From assembly GCA_043228905.1 (NCBI GenBank), contig JBHGNT010000144.1, positions 1 through 64,000 of the forward strand: DNA of 64,000 bases. Reading direction: 5' to 3'. This document shows, piece by piece, positions 49,501-63,436 of this stretch; within the stretch, counting starts at the first letter, position 1, and each line of letters opens with the position of its first letter. The translations under genes and the position numbers were made by a program. The notes beneath the pieces were generated by a model that was given only the letters and a program-made list of their open reading frames with translations, made no database searches and was not told the origin of the DNA. The DNA comes from Azolla caroliniana. Its lineage: Eukaryota > Plantae > Polypodiophyta.

Positions 49501-52500
49501 AATAAAGAGAAATAGAGACGTGTCATGTCTATATGTATCGGTTGTTCGAGATATTGTCCCGACTCCTATCCACAAAACTTAGGAAACAAACTAGGCATAG
49601 AACCTAGAAGATTAAGGAATTTAGAAACAGCCTAATAAATCTACATCAATTGCCCTTCACGTTTAAAGGTTAGTCATCAAATCAAAGTCTCTTATCTTTA
49701 TTTGCAAATAAACTACATGATTATTCCTTCAAAATACAAGGTCATGTGGGATGACAGAGACCATTTGAGTACACCTCAAGTAGTCGAGTTGAACATAACA
49801 TTGTTGGAGCATGTGTGAACGAATGACTTGATATTTGTGTTTCATAAAATTTCTTTCTTTGTTGCCACGTGATAAAAAGAAGACGCTAATCTATTAGAGC
49901 AATAGTCCAATCAGTCGTACAGTAAATTGTAATATAAGGAAATGGTGTTTATATTGGAAGGTGTAGCACATAGATGCCTTTACATTTATGTATGTGCATT
50001 TTTAAAGATGTTTAGGCACACATGCATGTCTATATGTTGATATAGACCATATAATGTGCACAATGGTACCACATTGGTGCACCTCGGGATTCTAAACTTC
50101 AACACGCCAATGTTAGGGGTAATAGGAAACGTGCAGAAAGATGACACGTAATGCACAAACAAGATTATACATTTCCATTGACAAAAGCATTTACTATGCA
50201 TGACTTTGCTTTGTGTAAACATTTCTATTCAAGATGAGATAGTGGATCGAGTTGGCTCCACATATTTGATGTAATTGTACCAAATGTCAAGGCATAACTA
50301 CAATATACAATAAACTTCCAAAATATTTGTAGGTTTTAGAGTTTCTTAATTTCTAACAAGCGACAAAACTCGCTACACTATTAAGTTCTAAGCAGCTTTG
50401 AACGTATATATGTATGTTTTGATCCAAATTCCTACATGATGATAAATATTTATTGGATTCTACTAGTTTAGCAACATTGTTAAACAAATAATTTACCCAA
50501 CATTGTTGCTACATCATAATATGCTTAGAAATACATATAAGCAATCAGATTACATCACCATATCATAGGTGAGGTGTGCGGAAAATCATTAGAACAACAC
50601 AAGAAGAAATTATGAATAAGGGCTATTTTATTGCATGTATGACATCACAAAACATTATATAATTCAATGTCTTCAAGACATCACAAAACATACTCTAGTT
50701 TTTTCAAGTCTAATGATACAACCAAAATTCATTTACGGTCTTATATAAGTTATACCAAAAAGTTTGAAAAACTAAATTGATTAAGATTGGGCATGTCACA
50801 TGAATAGATTATAATTTACAAGTCGTTCATAATGAATCCAAAGATGCCTAGCAAAGTATTCCATATGTTTGTCAATTCTAAGGCATTTATTTATTGATTA
50901 CCGAAATCACACGAGAGATAGAGGATATTTTATCTTTCTATGGAATGATGGACTCTATTTCTCTCTTCAATAACACAAAATTATGCACATGCCTATATTT
51001 ATAAACCTTTACTAATAGACTCTAAAGTATTGCCTAAGTGAATCTTATACACTTTTATTTTTACAGGTCTATCCAGGATACCTTTGTTATAAGTTACAAC
51101 AAAAAATGAGGCTCTTCATGGGGTAAGTCCCAACATGTAGGTAAGTCATATAGAAGTTATATGGCACATTGTGCACAAGGGGGTGGGTTCTAGCACTTAT
51201 AGTTGCGTTTAGTTTACACAAGATGGTGATTTTGTAATTTGGTGCAATAAGTGTAAATTGTAATATATTGTGGAAACATGATTCCCTTCATCTTTCTCAA
51301 GCCATGATACTTTGATTTTGCAAAAAAACACATTCTTTGAGGAACTTTTGAGATATTATGAAGAATAATTGTCATGCATCTCATTGTTCAAACCATTTCT
51401 TCATATTTTGCATCCATCAAGAACTCAATATGTTACTTTTGTGTGTCGTAACTTTTTATATTCGCTTCCCATGCAATTCTAGGATTTTCATGTGAAATGT
51501 TTTCATGAAGTTACATTTATCCTCGATTATTTTTTCCATGCCCATGATTAATTTCTTGGACAAGTGTCGCTCGATTGACATATTGTCAATTAGTAAGATT
51601 GTCTAGTAGACATAAAGATGTCATAAGTTTAATCCCCTATATTTTGCTTTGGCATCTAATTGATAAAATGGTTATGGCACAATCTCAATACGATGAGTGA
51701 GACATAAATGGATATATTATCATTCTCAAAGGTCAAGTATTGACCTATGAGACCAAAAGTTGAACATTTTCATGTCACATTATTAGACTTGAGTAAAGCC
51801 TCTCTATGTTCAAGAAACAAAACTTGAATATAGTATTAGAATTGAATGCATGTTTCAACATGAGGGAGATGTGCATAGGAGCAATGATACAAATGATGAA
51901 CAAAGAGATCGGCTTCACCATGTATTAATGAGTGTCGTTTCCCCATATGGAGAATATGTTGGTTTTGTAGTATGGTGCAACATATGAAATATAATATAAT
52001 GTAAAACATAAGCTTCCCATCTTTCTCTAATCATGATACATTAACATTGTAAAAAAACCTAATTCATGGATTAGTCTATTGACGTATTTTGAAGAAATGT
52101 TTTAACCATATCACCTTCCAAACCATATCTTCATATCTTGCATCCATTCAAAATTCATCTGTGTTTCTATGTCATATGAAATTTTATTCTTGTTTCACAT
52201 GCAACTCTAGGAATTGAACCTTTTATGAACCTTACATGTGTACTCGACAATCTTTCACATGCCATGAACTCAATGGGAAGTGATCTAGTATAAAGAAGTG
52301 GGTGCATTATGGAGTTTGTATTTATGACATGAAGAAACTTCATAGAAGTTGTTTTTGAACATTTCCAAACCTTTTGACCAATCGCATCCCACCTTTGATA
52401 TGTTTTGTCCAATCTTTCATTGCATGTTAAATGAGAAGTTTTCTATTCATGAGACATATAGCCTCTATTACAATGCATACTAACTTTCCCCCAAAAGTCT

Positions 52501-53196
52501 AACAATCTTACTGATCCATTCAAGCAAAACTACTATGCCGTCTCCCAACAAAACTAGGGGAGCTTATTGAAATTTGTGAACTTGTTTGCATTCATGTGTA
52601 CTTTAAGGAATTTACCCCAACATCCATTATGACACAATGGAAAATATCTTGAACTTAAGCCATAGTTAGCATTGAATCCCCTTTCAATACGCTTGTCTTA
52701 GGCAAAATCCATCCCACCAAACAATGACCTATTGTTCAAAAAAATTGTGCAATGTTGACCACTCTTCCAACAAATCTCCATGATGTTCCTAGTTTTGTAT
52801 GTGCCACTCTATTTAGCACTTAACAAACCACCATCAATATAACATGTTGCGTTGGACATTGGACATAATGGACCAAGTCAAGACTAACTAACCCGCTCCA
52901 CCTTTGTAGTTAAAGTTTATTGACCTGCATTAAAGTTCTCCACTAAACCACAATTACACCAACCTAGGGATCCTTATGCCATGATTCGATACACTTGTCC
53001 AATGGTGTCTTATCCCACTTTGGTTCCCCTCACCAATCAAGTTGCACTCCATGCTTACCAACATCACACTCATTACAACACTCCTAGGTGATCCTATTAT
53101 TATGGTTGTTACTATAATAGCTATTTGAGTAGTGAGGATGTGCCACCAAAAACCGAATACAACTTGGATTGATACAGGCATGATTCTCTTAGGGTA

Positions 53197-53593
53197 GATT
53201 GACATAAATGTGATCCCTAAGAACACCTCAAAAACTACAACAATCAATATTCCTAAATACCCCACATCAAGCTCGACGGGATTTGTACAACCACTTTATA
53301 TCACCTCAATATGTTTCCCGCCACCACTATCTATTGATTGACACAAATGTGATCCCTAAGAACACCTCAAAAACTACAACAATCAATATTCCTAAATACC
53401 CCACATCAAGCTCGACGGGATTTGTACAACCACTTTATATCACCTCAATATGTTTCCCGCCACCACTATCTGTTGATTGACACAAATGTGATCCCTAAGA
53501 ACACCCCAAAAACTACAACAATCAATATTCCTAAATACCCCACATCAAGCTCGGCAGGATTGGTACAACCACTTTATATCACCTCAATATGTT
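53197..53593. repeat. 139-bp tandem repeat, about 2.9 near-identical copies
   Basis: Near-identical ORF-track peptides start at 53283 and 53422; unit GATTGACA(T/C)AAATGTGATCCCTAAGAACACC... Confidence 0.92.
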
Positions 53594-54099
53594 GCCCTCT
53601 TGGTCCCATGCACAACTAATGGCCCAATCCCTTCCAATGCTAGATGCAAATAAAATTAATTTATTTTTACATCGGTAACCAATATTCATTATGCTAGATA
53701 GACAAAAGGGAAACACCCAACCACTAACTTCATTAGAGTGACCATTCTCAACCTGTCATAGGTATGCACCTGGAAATAGACTAACAACTACCAAACCCCT
53801 TCCACTGAAAGGTTAAACAAGTGATTGGAGATGCCACTACTCAATAACAACGGCCACGCCAAAATTCAAGACATAAAAGCACTTACCTCTCGACTCTATG
53901 CAATCATGGACTCCTTGAAGGCTTCTTAAGTTAAACCAACATTAACATACACTTAATGACAACACAAATTAAGAAATATTATTGAGAATTAGTAAATAAG
54001 AAACATCTTAAGTGTCTCAATTAAATAGATAGTTTTATAGTAAAAAATAGATATATCTCAATTAATTAGTGTGGAAAAGTTACATGGAAGAAAGTGGCT

Positions 54100-54460
54100 C
54101 TTAGTAGAAGAGAGAGAATGAGAACCAAACGGGTTTGTTTTTTATTTTAAAAACTTTTAAAATTTTGTAAAAAAAAATCTAAAAATTTTAAAATTGTTTT
54201 TAAACAATCTTTTCATTTTTAGACCTTATTCTCACATTTTACAAACATCTTTAAACATTTAAAATAATAAAATATTTTAAATTTAAAAATTAAAAATTGA
54301 CCTAAGTTGAAAACCGAAACTGAACCACAAAACCACGGTTTTATATGGTTTAACGGTTTGAAATTAACGGTTCAGTTTAATGGTTTCGTGGTTCATTTCG
54401 GTTCAATTTCGGGTTTCAAAATGTCTAGACGGTTTGGTTTTGCCCCTCTCAAACCAAACC
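54100..54460. mobile_element. Degenerate AT-rich MITE-like remnant with AAACCG/CGGTTT subrepeats
   Basis: Clustered AAACCG, GAACC and CGGTTT motifs ending TTTGCCCCTCT, as in plant hAT-derived MITEs; termini and TSD not resolved. Confidence 0.4.
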
Positions 54461-55599
54461 AAACTGTTGCCGATTGTTAATGGTAGCCCCAAAGTTGGGT
54501 TCTTTTTACATAAGATCTCTTGAGCATTTATACAAATTGGAAACCCAAAAGTATCTTTCACATTACACACCCATTTGGCATTAGCCATTGTCGCCTAATA
54601 AAGAGGTTCCCCAAAAACTATAATGACCATGTTTCTTACATTTATTTTGCCTTCGATCAATATTTTAGATTGGAAATATTAAGCCTCATAGGATTGTTAT
54701 TACCAAAAAAATATGACATTAATTCTCGTAACACAAATCTCACAATTGCTTCGCATCACCTCATGCTTGTGTCATAGTTTTGATGGCACCGTTGTTTGTG
54801 AGTATCGGTTGAAGAAATGCACGATCGAGCCTTGTTCTCATCAGAGAAGAAGTCAGTAGCACCATTTCAGCAACCATTACAAACCTAGAACAACAATGTA
54901 GGGGTTGCAACCCATCAAATCATACATAAATTTTATCCACAAGGCACATGAGTAAAAATGGTTGAAATATACAAAATTTATGTTTGGCCTCAATACAATT
55001 TTTATGTAGATCATTTTGTTTTTACACTGTTCATTTTGTTTCCGCCTTTGTGCATCTAATCAATGTGTCATTTAATTGGCTAAGTATTATAATTGATTCT
55101 CTCTTCCTTGTGAATAATGAAACAATGGTAACTAAGTGAGTCCTTGCCCTATGATCAAGCTCCCATCAAGTTGCAAGTAATGCCAATAGGGGTATGGACA
55201 AGAGGTCTACGCACAAGCCTTAGGGTAAAACACCATTATCCAAGCCATATTTCCATCCTAAATAATAAGCAATGTGGGGAGCCCTCTATCATTGTCAACT
55301 TATAGTTTGTGTTTACAAGACTTGGAGATTGAAGGGTCCCTAGCAAGTCAACATACGTAAGTGAAACTTGTAACATCAACCCAATGAGGGTTGATAATAG
55401 AATGGAATTGGATTAATGAGTTGAATCTTGCTTATACCTTTCAATCTGCACAATATAGATAAATGGGTCATTCCTATTTGCACTCGAAAAAGCTTAGCTA
55501 GAGCAATCCTACTTGGTTTTGGAGGATCATATGGTAGCTCGAAGATTCAACCTCTCACTATTAAGCAGTATAGAGTAAATTATCACCAAGTTTTGGCAA

Positions 55600-56290
55600 A
55601 AAATTTGGAAACAACAACATGTGAGGCGAATTACCATGTTCCAATGGCTATTAATACATAAGTCCTTACCGGTGGGAGCATGGCAACGTGGGAACCTTAG
55701 CTCTCCTAATTGTGTAGAGTGCCCACATGTAGTAGAATCAATGCAACACGCTCTGTGGGACTGCCCAACGTCCCATCAAATATGGTGGGGGGTTGACTGC
55801 TTGTTGCAATTATGCCAAGTGCAAGGCTCCATCAAGTGGGGAAATATATGTTGGCTATCATGGCAAACCTCAGTTGGCAGATACGAGCATTAGGAGGAGG
55901 GGATGACTTTGGTGATAAAAGCACAAGAGGTTTTTTTCTCCACCAGGGCAATATCCACTCAACTCCTCTTAATGACAAAGCTCAAGCTGTGTTGGAATTA
56001 GTCAACCCAATAACTCTTATGGATTCTATGGAAACAACGGTGTAGACGGGTCTTCTCCAACCAAACCGTGCATCCAACAAGGCTATTGCAAGAGATATGG
56101 AGTGAAATTGTAGCCACTCTAAAGAGCTAATATGATGGCCTCAAGGGTGGCTCCGATGGAGTTGAAAGACAACGAATAGCCTTTATCCAACAATGGTCGT
56201 CCTCTCCCTTTCTTGAGTTAGTGGGCATCCACATAAGATGGAACTATCGCGTCCCTACAAGGATTTGTACATAATCGTCTCATTTGTAAA
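55600..56290 (+). mobile_element. L1 LINE 3' fragment (zf-RVT region)
   Basis: FQWLLIHKSLPVG..CVECPHVVESMQHALWDC followed by LWILWKQRCRRVF. Confidence 0.78.
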
Positions 56291-57949
56291 ATTTTATAAC
56301 TAATGGAAGGAGTTTTTTTTGGATAAAGAAAAGAAAAGAAAAAAGTATAGACTAAATTAACCTTGATTGAATGTAAATTGTTATTTTTGGAAAGGTTTTC
56401 ATCTATCATAATAAAACAATGATTGAAGCCTCATGATTGTGACATGTTAATAAAAATGCTACAAAATGTAAATGGGCATAAGTTACAATTTAACACAATG
56501 AAATTTGAGCAAAATCAAATGACAATGTAGTAAATTTCCCCAAGTTGATGGCTCTTGTCTCTTATGAATCTTAATATTGGGATGAAAAATATTGGCGTAT
56601 GTTTAAATTTAATGGCTTTCGAGAGGATAATAAGCATTCAAAAGTGTGGGGGAGGATGGCTTATTGTGATGAGCCTATGAAGATTTCACTTCCTAAAATT
56701 TTCAATGTCTTATTGTAGTGATCCTATCAATATTTCACTTCCTAAACTTTTCAACTTCACAAAAATCAGTGTTTTGAACTCCAATAAATTTTGTAAGGTT
56801 TCCATTTGATTGGTCTTTGAATTTGTACATCAAAATCTCATTTAGTATAAAATCCTTATCAATGTGAACATCATCGAAGAGGAAGAATTGCTTAAACTAC
56901 ATGTTTTCTTTTAGATCATCCATTTGGTTTAAAGTTTTCCACAACCCAAATCGTGTAAAGACACCTTAGTATTTGATTATTATTGTGTAACTTGTTAGTG
57001 CTTTGCTGTTCCACGTTATCATTCTTGTAGATTTCACATTAGATTTTGGTCACTTTGATTAGATAATATCCACTCTCGAGTCTCAACTCACGTAAATTTA
57101 TTGAATACAATTTATCTTATTTAGCTCAAAATTGGTATATTATGCCACTCTTAGATAGTCTAAAAATGGGTATACCAAAACTAGAGTAAACTAATAGCAT
57201 GGGTAGAACTAATTATATAAAAAAGCCTTAGTGCACAAACTACTTTTAGTTCATGACAGTTAAATTTACTTTTCAATGGTTTCCCGCCGCTTCTTTTAGT
57301 GTTGACAAATAAAGATTATTATATAAACAACCTATATAAATGTCTAGTTTTAAGGAATCACAAGTTTGAGTGGGGATTGTAGAACACTCGTTATGATTTG
57401 GTAAGGTGAATAATGCAAGGAAACCTTCAAATGCCACACTAATAACCAATTATAATCAAAAGTTGTTGACCAACTAACACTCAAACTTTCGAGTGTGCTA
57501 ATAAGTGCCTTCCTTAAACACATCATATTGCTCGCGACATAACATGAGGACAACCACATCACTTGACAATTGTGTAGGTATGGAGGGCGGGTTTGCATAT
57601 CACTATTCGATGGGAAATGAGAAATGGGTTCTTATTTGATGGAGACAATCGAGGAGTAGAACCACCACATAGATGAGAAATGGGTTCTTATTTGCTGGGG
57701 GTATAGTTCGGTACTACCACGAGTGTCAACGGTGTGTGAATGTTCACAACCATTAATGTGACGTTCAAGGTAGGGTGGACATCGAGAAGAAGCCTTGGGA
57801 CGGTTTAAGGAGGGTGACACAAATATTTGTGGGTTGAATGGAGTTGGGACATTTGAATGGCTAGGTGTAAATGTGACCCTTAGCTACATAAGAACATCTC
57901 TCTCTCTCTCTCTATTTTATTGTAATTACCTTACCCTAGTGGTAAGTTG

Positions 57950-58166
57950 TTAGTACTACAAGCATTGAGTTGTGGGTTTGAAACCTAACTTCCTCACCTC
58001 TCTATTATATACTTCTTATATACCTCGTATAAATTCACTAGATGCCAATGTGGAATGTAGGGGTTGAACCCATGACCACATGGTCTCCATCGGGCAACCT
58101 GGTTGAACCCACGACCACCTGGTCTCCATTGGGTAACCTTACCAACTGAGCTACATCCATCTGGGC
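57950..58166 (-). mobile_element. tRNA-derived SINE-like element with a duplicated B-box segment
   Basis: Minus strand: A box TAGCTCAGTTGG (58142-58153); B box GGTTCAACC twice, about 39 bp apart; abuts (GA)n; homologous to 4037-4190. Confidence 0.68.
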
Positions 58167-58399
58167 TCTCTCTCTCTCTCCCCCCTTCACTCTCACTCTC
58201 ACTCTCTCACACAGACACAAACACAAGACACATAAGCCCTCTCTCTCTCTCTCTCTCTCCTGCACTCTCTCCCCTTCACTCTCACTCTCTCACACAGACA
58301 CAAACACAAGACACATACCGCTCTCCGACAAAACCAAGGTGGAGAGAGAGAGAGCGCTGGCAGCATCTGATTGGCTAGCTCCACATACAATGAGGGAGC

Positions 58400-58408
58400 G
58401 ACACGCGT
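58400..58408 (-). promoter_or_regulatory. Putative CE3-type ABA-response element ACGCGTGTC upstream of the PP2C gene
   Basis: Exact CE3 core on the minus strand; G-box CACGTG at 58775-58780; short motifs, function untested. Confidence 0.35.
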
Positions 58409-58427
58409 CGTCTCTTTCCTCACAGAT

Positions 58428-58465
<38 letters not shown>

Positions 58466-58796
58466 GAATACACAGAAACCTTTTACCGGAGAAAAAGGAG
58501 TTCTTTTTTTTACTACATAAAACACCATTGATTCTCTTGTCTCTCTTCTTCTTCCCCTTCTTCTTCCATCGCTTCTTGATCCCCCTCTTCCTTTTCCCTG
58601 TTTCTCTAAACCTGCCTAGATCCCTCTCTTGTCTCTGTCTCTCTGAGTGCGTGCGTGCGTGCGTGTGTGCACACACATTACAGATGTAAAAGATCGGTTC
58701 CTTATGACATAACAAACGAGTCTATAGAATGCTACTATACAACACCATTAGGCTTCTTAGGGTTAGGATTTCTTCACGTGATCAGAACATTAGCAG

Positions 58797-61700
58797 ATGG
58801 AGGAGATAGGAGGGGGAACATCAGAGGCGGGTGATGACAAGGGTTCAGTGCTGATCAAGACCTCAGATTTGGCTCCTGAAAGATCCACGGCAGAGGACGA
58901 AGGAGGATCAGCGTTAATAGGTGCGGCTGATTCCGCCGTGGCGACTGGGAATGTTGGATCAGGTCAACAATCAAACGAGCAAGAAGAAGGACAAGAAGAA
59001 GAGGAGGAGCAGGATCAGGAGCAGGAGCAGGAGCAAGAGCAAGATCAGGAGGAGGTTAGGCCTGTAAGTAAGGCAAGAATTGGAGTGAATAATGCGGAAT
59101 CGATCCGGCGACCTCCGAGGACAGGGTGGAGATCGGTGTGCGGGAGGAGGCAAGACATGGAGGACACGTTTGCGATAGCACACAACTTCCTCTCTCTTCC
59201 GCATCGCAAAGGCTTCTCTGACCTCCATTTCTTTGGTGTCTATGATGGCCATGGCGGATCGCAGGTACCAAAAACTCTGTCTGAATCAGATCAAAGTCTC
59301 CTGTGCTTCTCTGTCTTTATCTAAAAGGGAGGTTTCATATTATGGTCTTTAGGTTGTCTGCCATGGTTATGTGCTGGCTATATCTGGTCTTTGGCTTTGC
59401 CCAAAGGGCTGTTGGTGCTTGTCCCTGTTATTTGGTAGCTTTTTAAAGAAGAAGTTGTTGCCATTGGCCAAATAGATATCTCTATCTAAGGGGTGTTTCA
59501 TATGCTCCCAAAGATGGGGGTGGGACGGGGGCTGGGCCGTACCCTTACCTAAGAGATGCTTCCTATTTTTTGTCTTTGGCCTTTTGCCTTTTCCTTGCTT
59601 CCTTCGCTTAGGTGTCTTATGGTCCAATGTCCTTGACCCATTTTTATCCTACCCTTAACACTAGATTGTCGATTCAAGATTGTGGTCACCCACTTAACAG
59701 AATGAGATGAATTATGGAGGTTGTTTTCACACAAGCAAATATGCTCACATGGGCACCGGAAATGTGTCTATGTCTTGTTTTGTTTGGGTTTGAGTCCTTG
59801 AATTGTTCGAACTTATTAACTTGGTATTTGAAGTCCCACGTTGGAACCATTGAAATTTAAACCATGCTTAAGGGTTGTTTACTATATAGGCCATTTCGAC
59901 ATTATTACACTTTCCTTACTTGCCAAAGGGGGGGTGTTTCCAATGATGTATTGTGTTTGCTTGTGTCTAGGTGGCGATCCATTGTCGGGATCATCTTCAC
60001 CTTGCACTAGCGGAGGAAGTCACCCGACAATGTGCCAATGAAGTCCAAAGGCATGTAAATGATGGGGAGCATGATCACGAAGTGTTGTGGGGGGATTGCA
60101 TAAAGACCACCTTCTTGAGAATGGATTGTGAAGTGGGCTCTGGTGCAAGTAATAGTGCCAATCCTCTTCCTCCCTCATTAGGCTCAGTTGGTTCCACGGC
60201 TATCATTGCCGTGCTAAGTTATCATCATATCATCGTTGGTAATTGTGGAGATTCTCGTGCTGTGTTATGTCGACGTCGTCAAGCTATGCCACTTTCGGAA
60301 GATCACAAAGTAAGTCTTATTGCTGTCTCTCTATCTCACAATAATGTAGCTCTTCAATGCCATTTCAATTAGGTATTTTAATTGTGTGAGGTATTTTTGT
60401 TTTGCTTAATGACAAAATCTAAGAACTCTCAATAATGACTCCATGATCCTAACTTTAAAGTCCCTTGGCAAAGTTAAAGGTTGCCCCTTCCTAAAGCATT
60501 GGAAACACATGCGTGGAAACATTACGTTTCAAATTTTGCTTACATGTGGATCTACAAGAGATTGGTTTTATTTACCTAAGCTATTTGTTCATAAAAATAA
60601 TTACTCTCGTCTTTAATAGGTTCTTAAACCTAATAATTATACATGAGAACCAATGGTCACATGTTTGAAAAGGGGAAACTTTAGTCATGGAGCAAATATC
60701 ACAATCCTATATTTGTTCTAAAACGCAAGTAGTCTTGTCTTTAATCGGTTCCTAAACCGAATAATTATTCATGAGAAACAATGTTCACATGTTTGAAAAG
60801 AGGAAACTTTAGTCATGGAGGAGAATATCACAATCCTGCAATGGACATACACATGTTGTAAGTTAGGATCTAAAAAGAAGAGGCAATCTTTTTCTTTGAC
60901 ATTGATCATGAGCTATTGAACTTACCCGATTCGACTTATATTATGTTTAAAATGCTTCACTATGAAGATTCTATATTGTATATTGGAGTATACGTTTAGT
61001 AGTAAAATCTAGAGACGACATGCAATCTATAGGTGATCAAAGTAAATTAAGTGAGAATGTCAACTTTTAACCTAAAGACTACATAACAATTAAGTCTAGA
61101 TTGCAAAGAATAGATGAATCACTTGACGACTCAAAATGGGATTGTTTTCATGTGATCAAGTGTAGTAGATGTTGTGTGGGAAATTGACTTATGAAAGAAG
61201 ACTATTTTTGAAGTAGCAAAATGGCATTGTTTTCATTTGATTGAGTATGCTAGACGGTTAGGTTACAATTGTCAACAACTTAGAATCCATATAAAGATGG
61301 AAAAAAAGATGAACGTATTTTGATTGCAAATATTACATGCGGAAAGAGCGTTAGTCTCTTTTAAACAATAGAAACAATAGATGTCGATTGGATATACTTA
61401 GTGCAAACCTAGTTGTCATTTAGTGTTGGTTTTCTAACTTTAGATCACTTATTGGATACACTTTTTGTGCCTCATATTCTAGCTTTGGATAAATTAGTGA
61501 ATACATTATACAGAAACAAAGATGCCACGTAGTGTTTGTCTTCTACCTAAATTACAATTGGATTGACTTTATGGGAAATTTCTAAAAACTGTCATCAAAG
61601 CATTAACGTCCAACGTGATTGTGGGGGGTCTCTTTTTCCTACCTCTCGATGATTTTTGGGCTCTTTTGGTTTGGCAAGCAACATGTTTGGCCTTTGTTAA

Positions 61701-62675
61701 CTAAATCTGTGGGTGGAGTTTGCATTTTGCTCATAGGATGGATAAGTAGCAATTTACAAGCTTAAATGCATTACCATTCACTTACTCAATGTATTACTAC
61801 ATGATGTCTTATGTGTGAAAATTCTAAGTTTGAGATAATCGTTTTTTATTACTTGATTGATTAACTAGTCACCAAACCAAAACTCAACACTACTAGTTTT
61901 ATGAGCATACTACTTTTACTAGATAGAATTGAAACACTACCAATTAAAAAACCCAACATTACAACTTTTATGAGCATATTACTTGAGTTAAAAAGAAACT
62001 CAAGAGATCATTAAGGAAGAATGAAATGCTAATGGCTATTCCATTGATGAGCATATGGGTCCAAGGCAAAATCCATGATCATTATGAACGACCATGACCC
62101 AATATCTTGTTAAATCTTACTTATTGAGTAAAAGCAAATCCAAAACTAAAATCTAAAAAATGGGAAAACCAAAATTTGGGCCTCGGTTTTGATTGATTGT
62201 TTAGCTTTTGTGTTTAAACCTAAAATTTTGACTTATCCCACTTGTGTTTGGGGACAAGTGTCTCATTGTTTGCTAAAAACGTAATTTGATTTTCTGAAGT
62301 CATTGGTCAGTTAAGAGATAACTGGAATAAAACTCGATACATATTTTATGATAACATTATTGCGTGTAATAAACATATGAGATTTCTAGAACACTTTGGC
62401 TCACAGTCTACAGACAAACTATCTTTGACAAAGCCCACAAGTGCAAACAAGTCAAACACACACACACACACATACACATACACACACACATACACATACA
62501 CACACATACACATACACATACACACACATACACATACACATACACATACACGTACACGTACGTACACATGTACGTACACATACACGTACACATACACATG
62601 CACATACACATGCACATGCACATGCACATGCACATGCACATCCACATCCACATCCACATCCACATCCACATCCAC

Positions 62676-62736
<61 letters not shown>

Positions 62737-63436
62737 TATGTATGTGCACATACAGATGCATATACTAACATGATATGATGCTTCGTGTATCAAATATGGA
62801 GTGACCTTTAAATTATTAGGAAGATGCATATAACCACATACATACATAATATGTTGAGCATCGTTGACAAAATGGGTTTTGTGTCGTGTGCATGTAAACA
62901 AACAACAAAATCAAAAGCCGGAGCGGGAGGATGAGATGGCTAGAATTGAAGCATCTGGCGGGAGGGTAATCTCATGGAACGGGTATCGGGTGCTTGGCAT
63001 CCTTGCGATGTCCAGAGCTATAGGTGAGTGAGGCGGAAGGGGGGAGGGGGTGGGGTATTATTCATGCTATGGCGTTTGTGGGGTGCAGACATGATGATTG
63101 ATGATATAGACATTGCGTTCGTTATTTCTTTTTGTCTCAGGCGACCATTACTTCAAGCCACACGTGATAGCCGATCCCGAAGTGACAGTCACTCGCCGGT
63201 CGGATGAGGACGAGTGCCTCATTCTCGCGAGTGATGGCTTGTGGGATGTGGTGACCAACCAAGAGGCATGCAACATTGCCCGGCGGTTCCTACGCGACCC
63301 ACAAACGGCCGCTGCGGCCCTCGTGTATGCGGCAAATGAGAAGGGCAGCGGAGACAACATCTCCGTCGTGGTTGTTGATCTCCGTCGCCGAGATCGATCG
63401 TCATCATCTTCTTCTTCATCGTCATTCCCATCGTGA
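58797..63436 (+). CDS. Protein phosphatase 2C, clade A type (ABI1/HAB1/PP2CA family); exons 58797-59264, 59971-60309, 62918-63023, 63141-63436 (402 aa)
   Basis: [66 protein letters not shown] (ABA-receptor-contacting Trp), [24 protein letters not shown]; GT-AG introns in frame. Confidence 0.93.
60609..60837. repeat. Intronic tandem duplication with ~128-bp period
   Basis: GTCTTTAAT(A/C)GGTTC..CACATGTTTGAAAAG..TATCACAATCCT occurs twice. Confidence 0.8.
62455..62740. repeat. Compound (CA)n/hexamer microsatellite in PP2C intron 2
   Basis: Blocks of TACACA, TGCACA and TCCACA. Confidence 0.95.

Noticed and set aside
46600-53100. Short ORFs in the AT-rich intergenic region
   Set aside because: No recognisable motifs or exon structure; probably ancient decayed repeats
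58060-58160. Functional tRNA gene (also 19718-19774, 27935-27990, 42846-42898)
   Set aside because: A and B boxes are present but I could not form a convincing acceptor or anticodon stem; they sit within repeats
62346-62901. Six overlapping ORFs with HT/YV/CM repeats
   Set aside because: Translation artefacts of an intronic microsatellite
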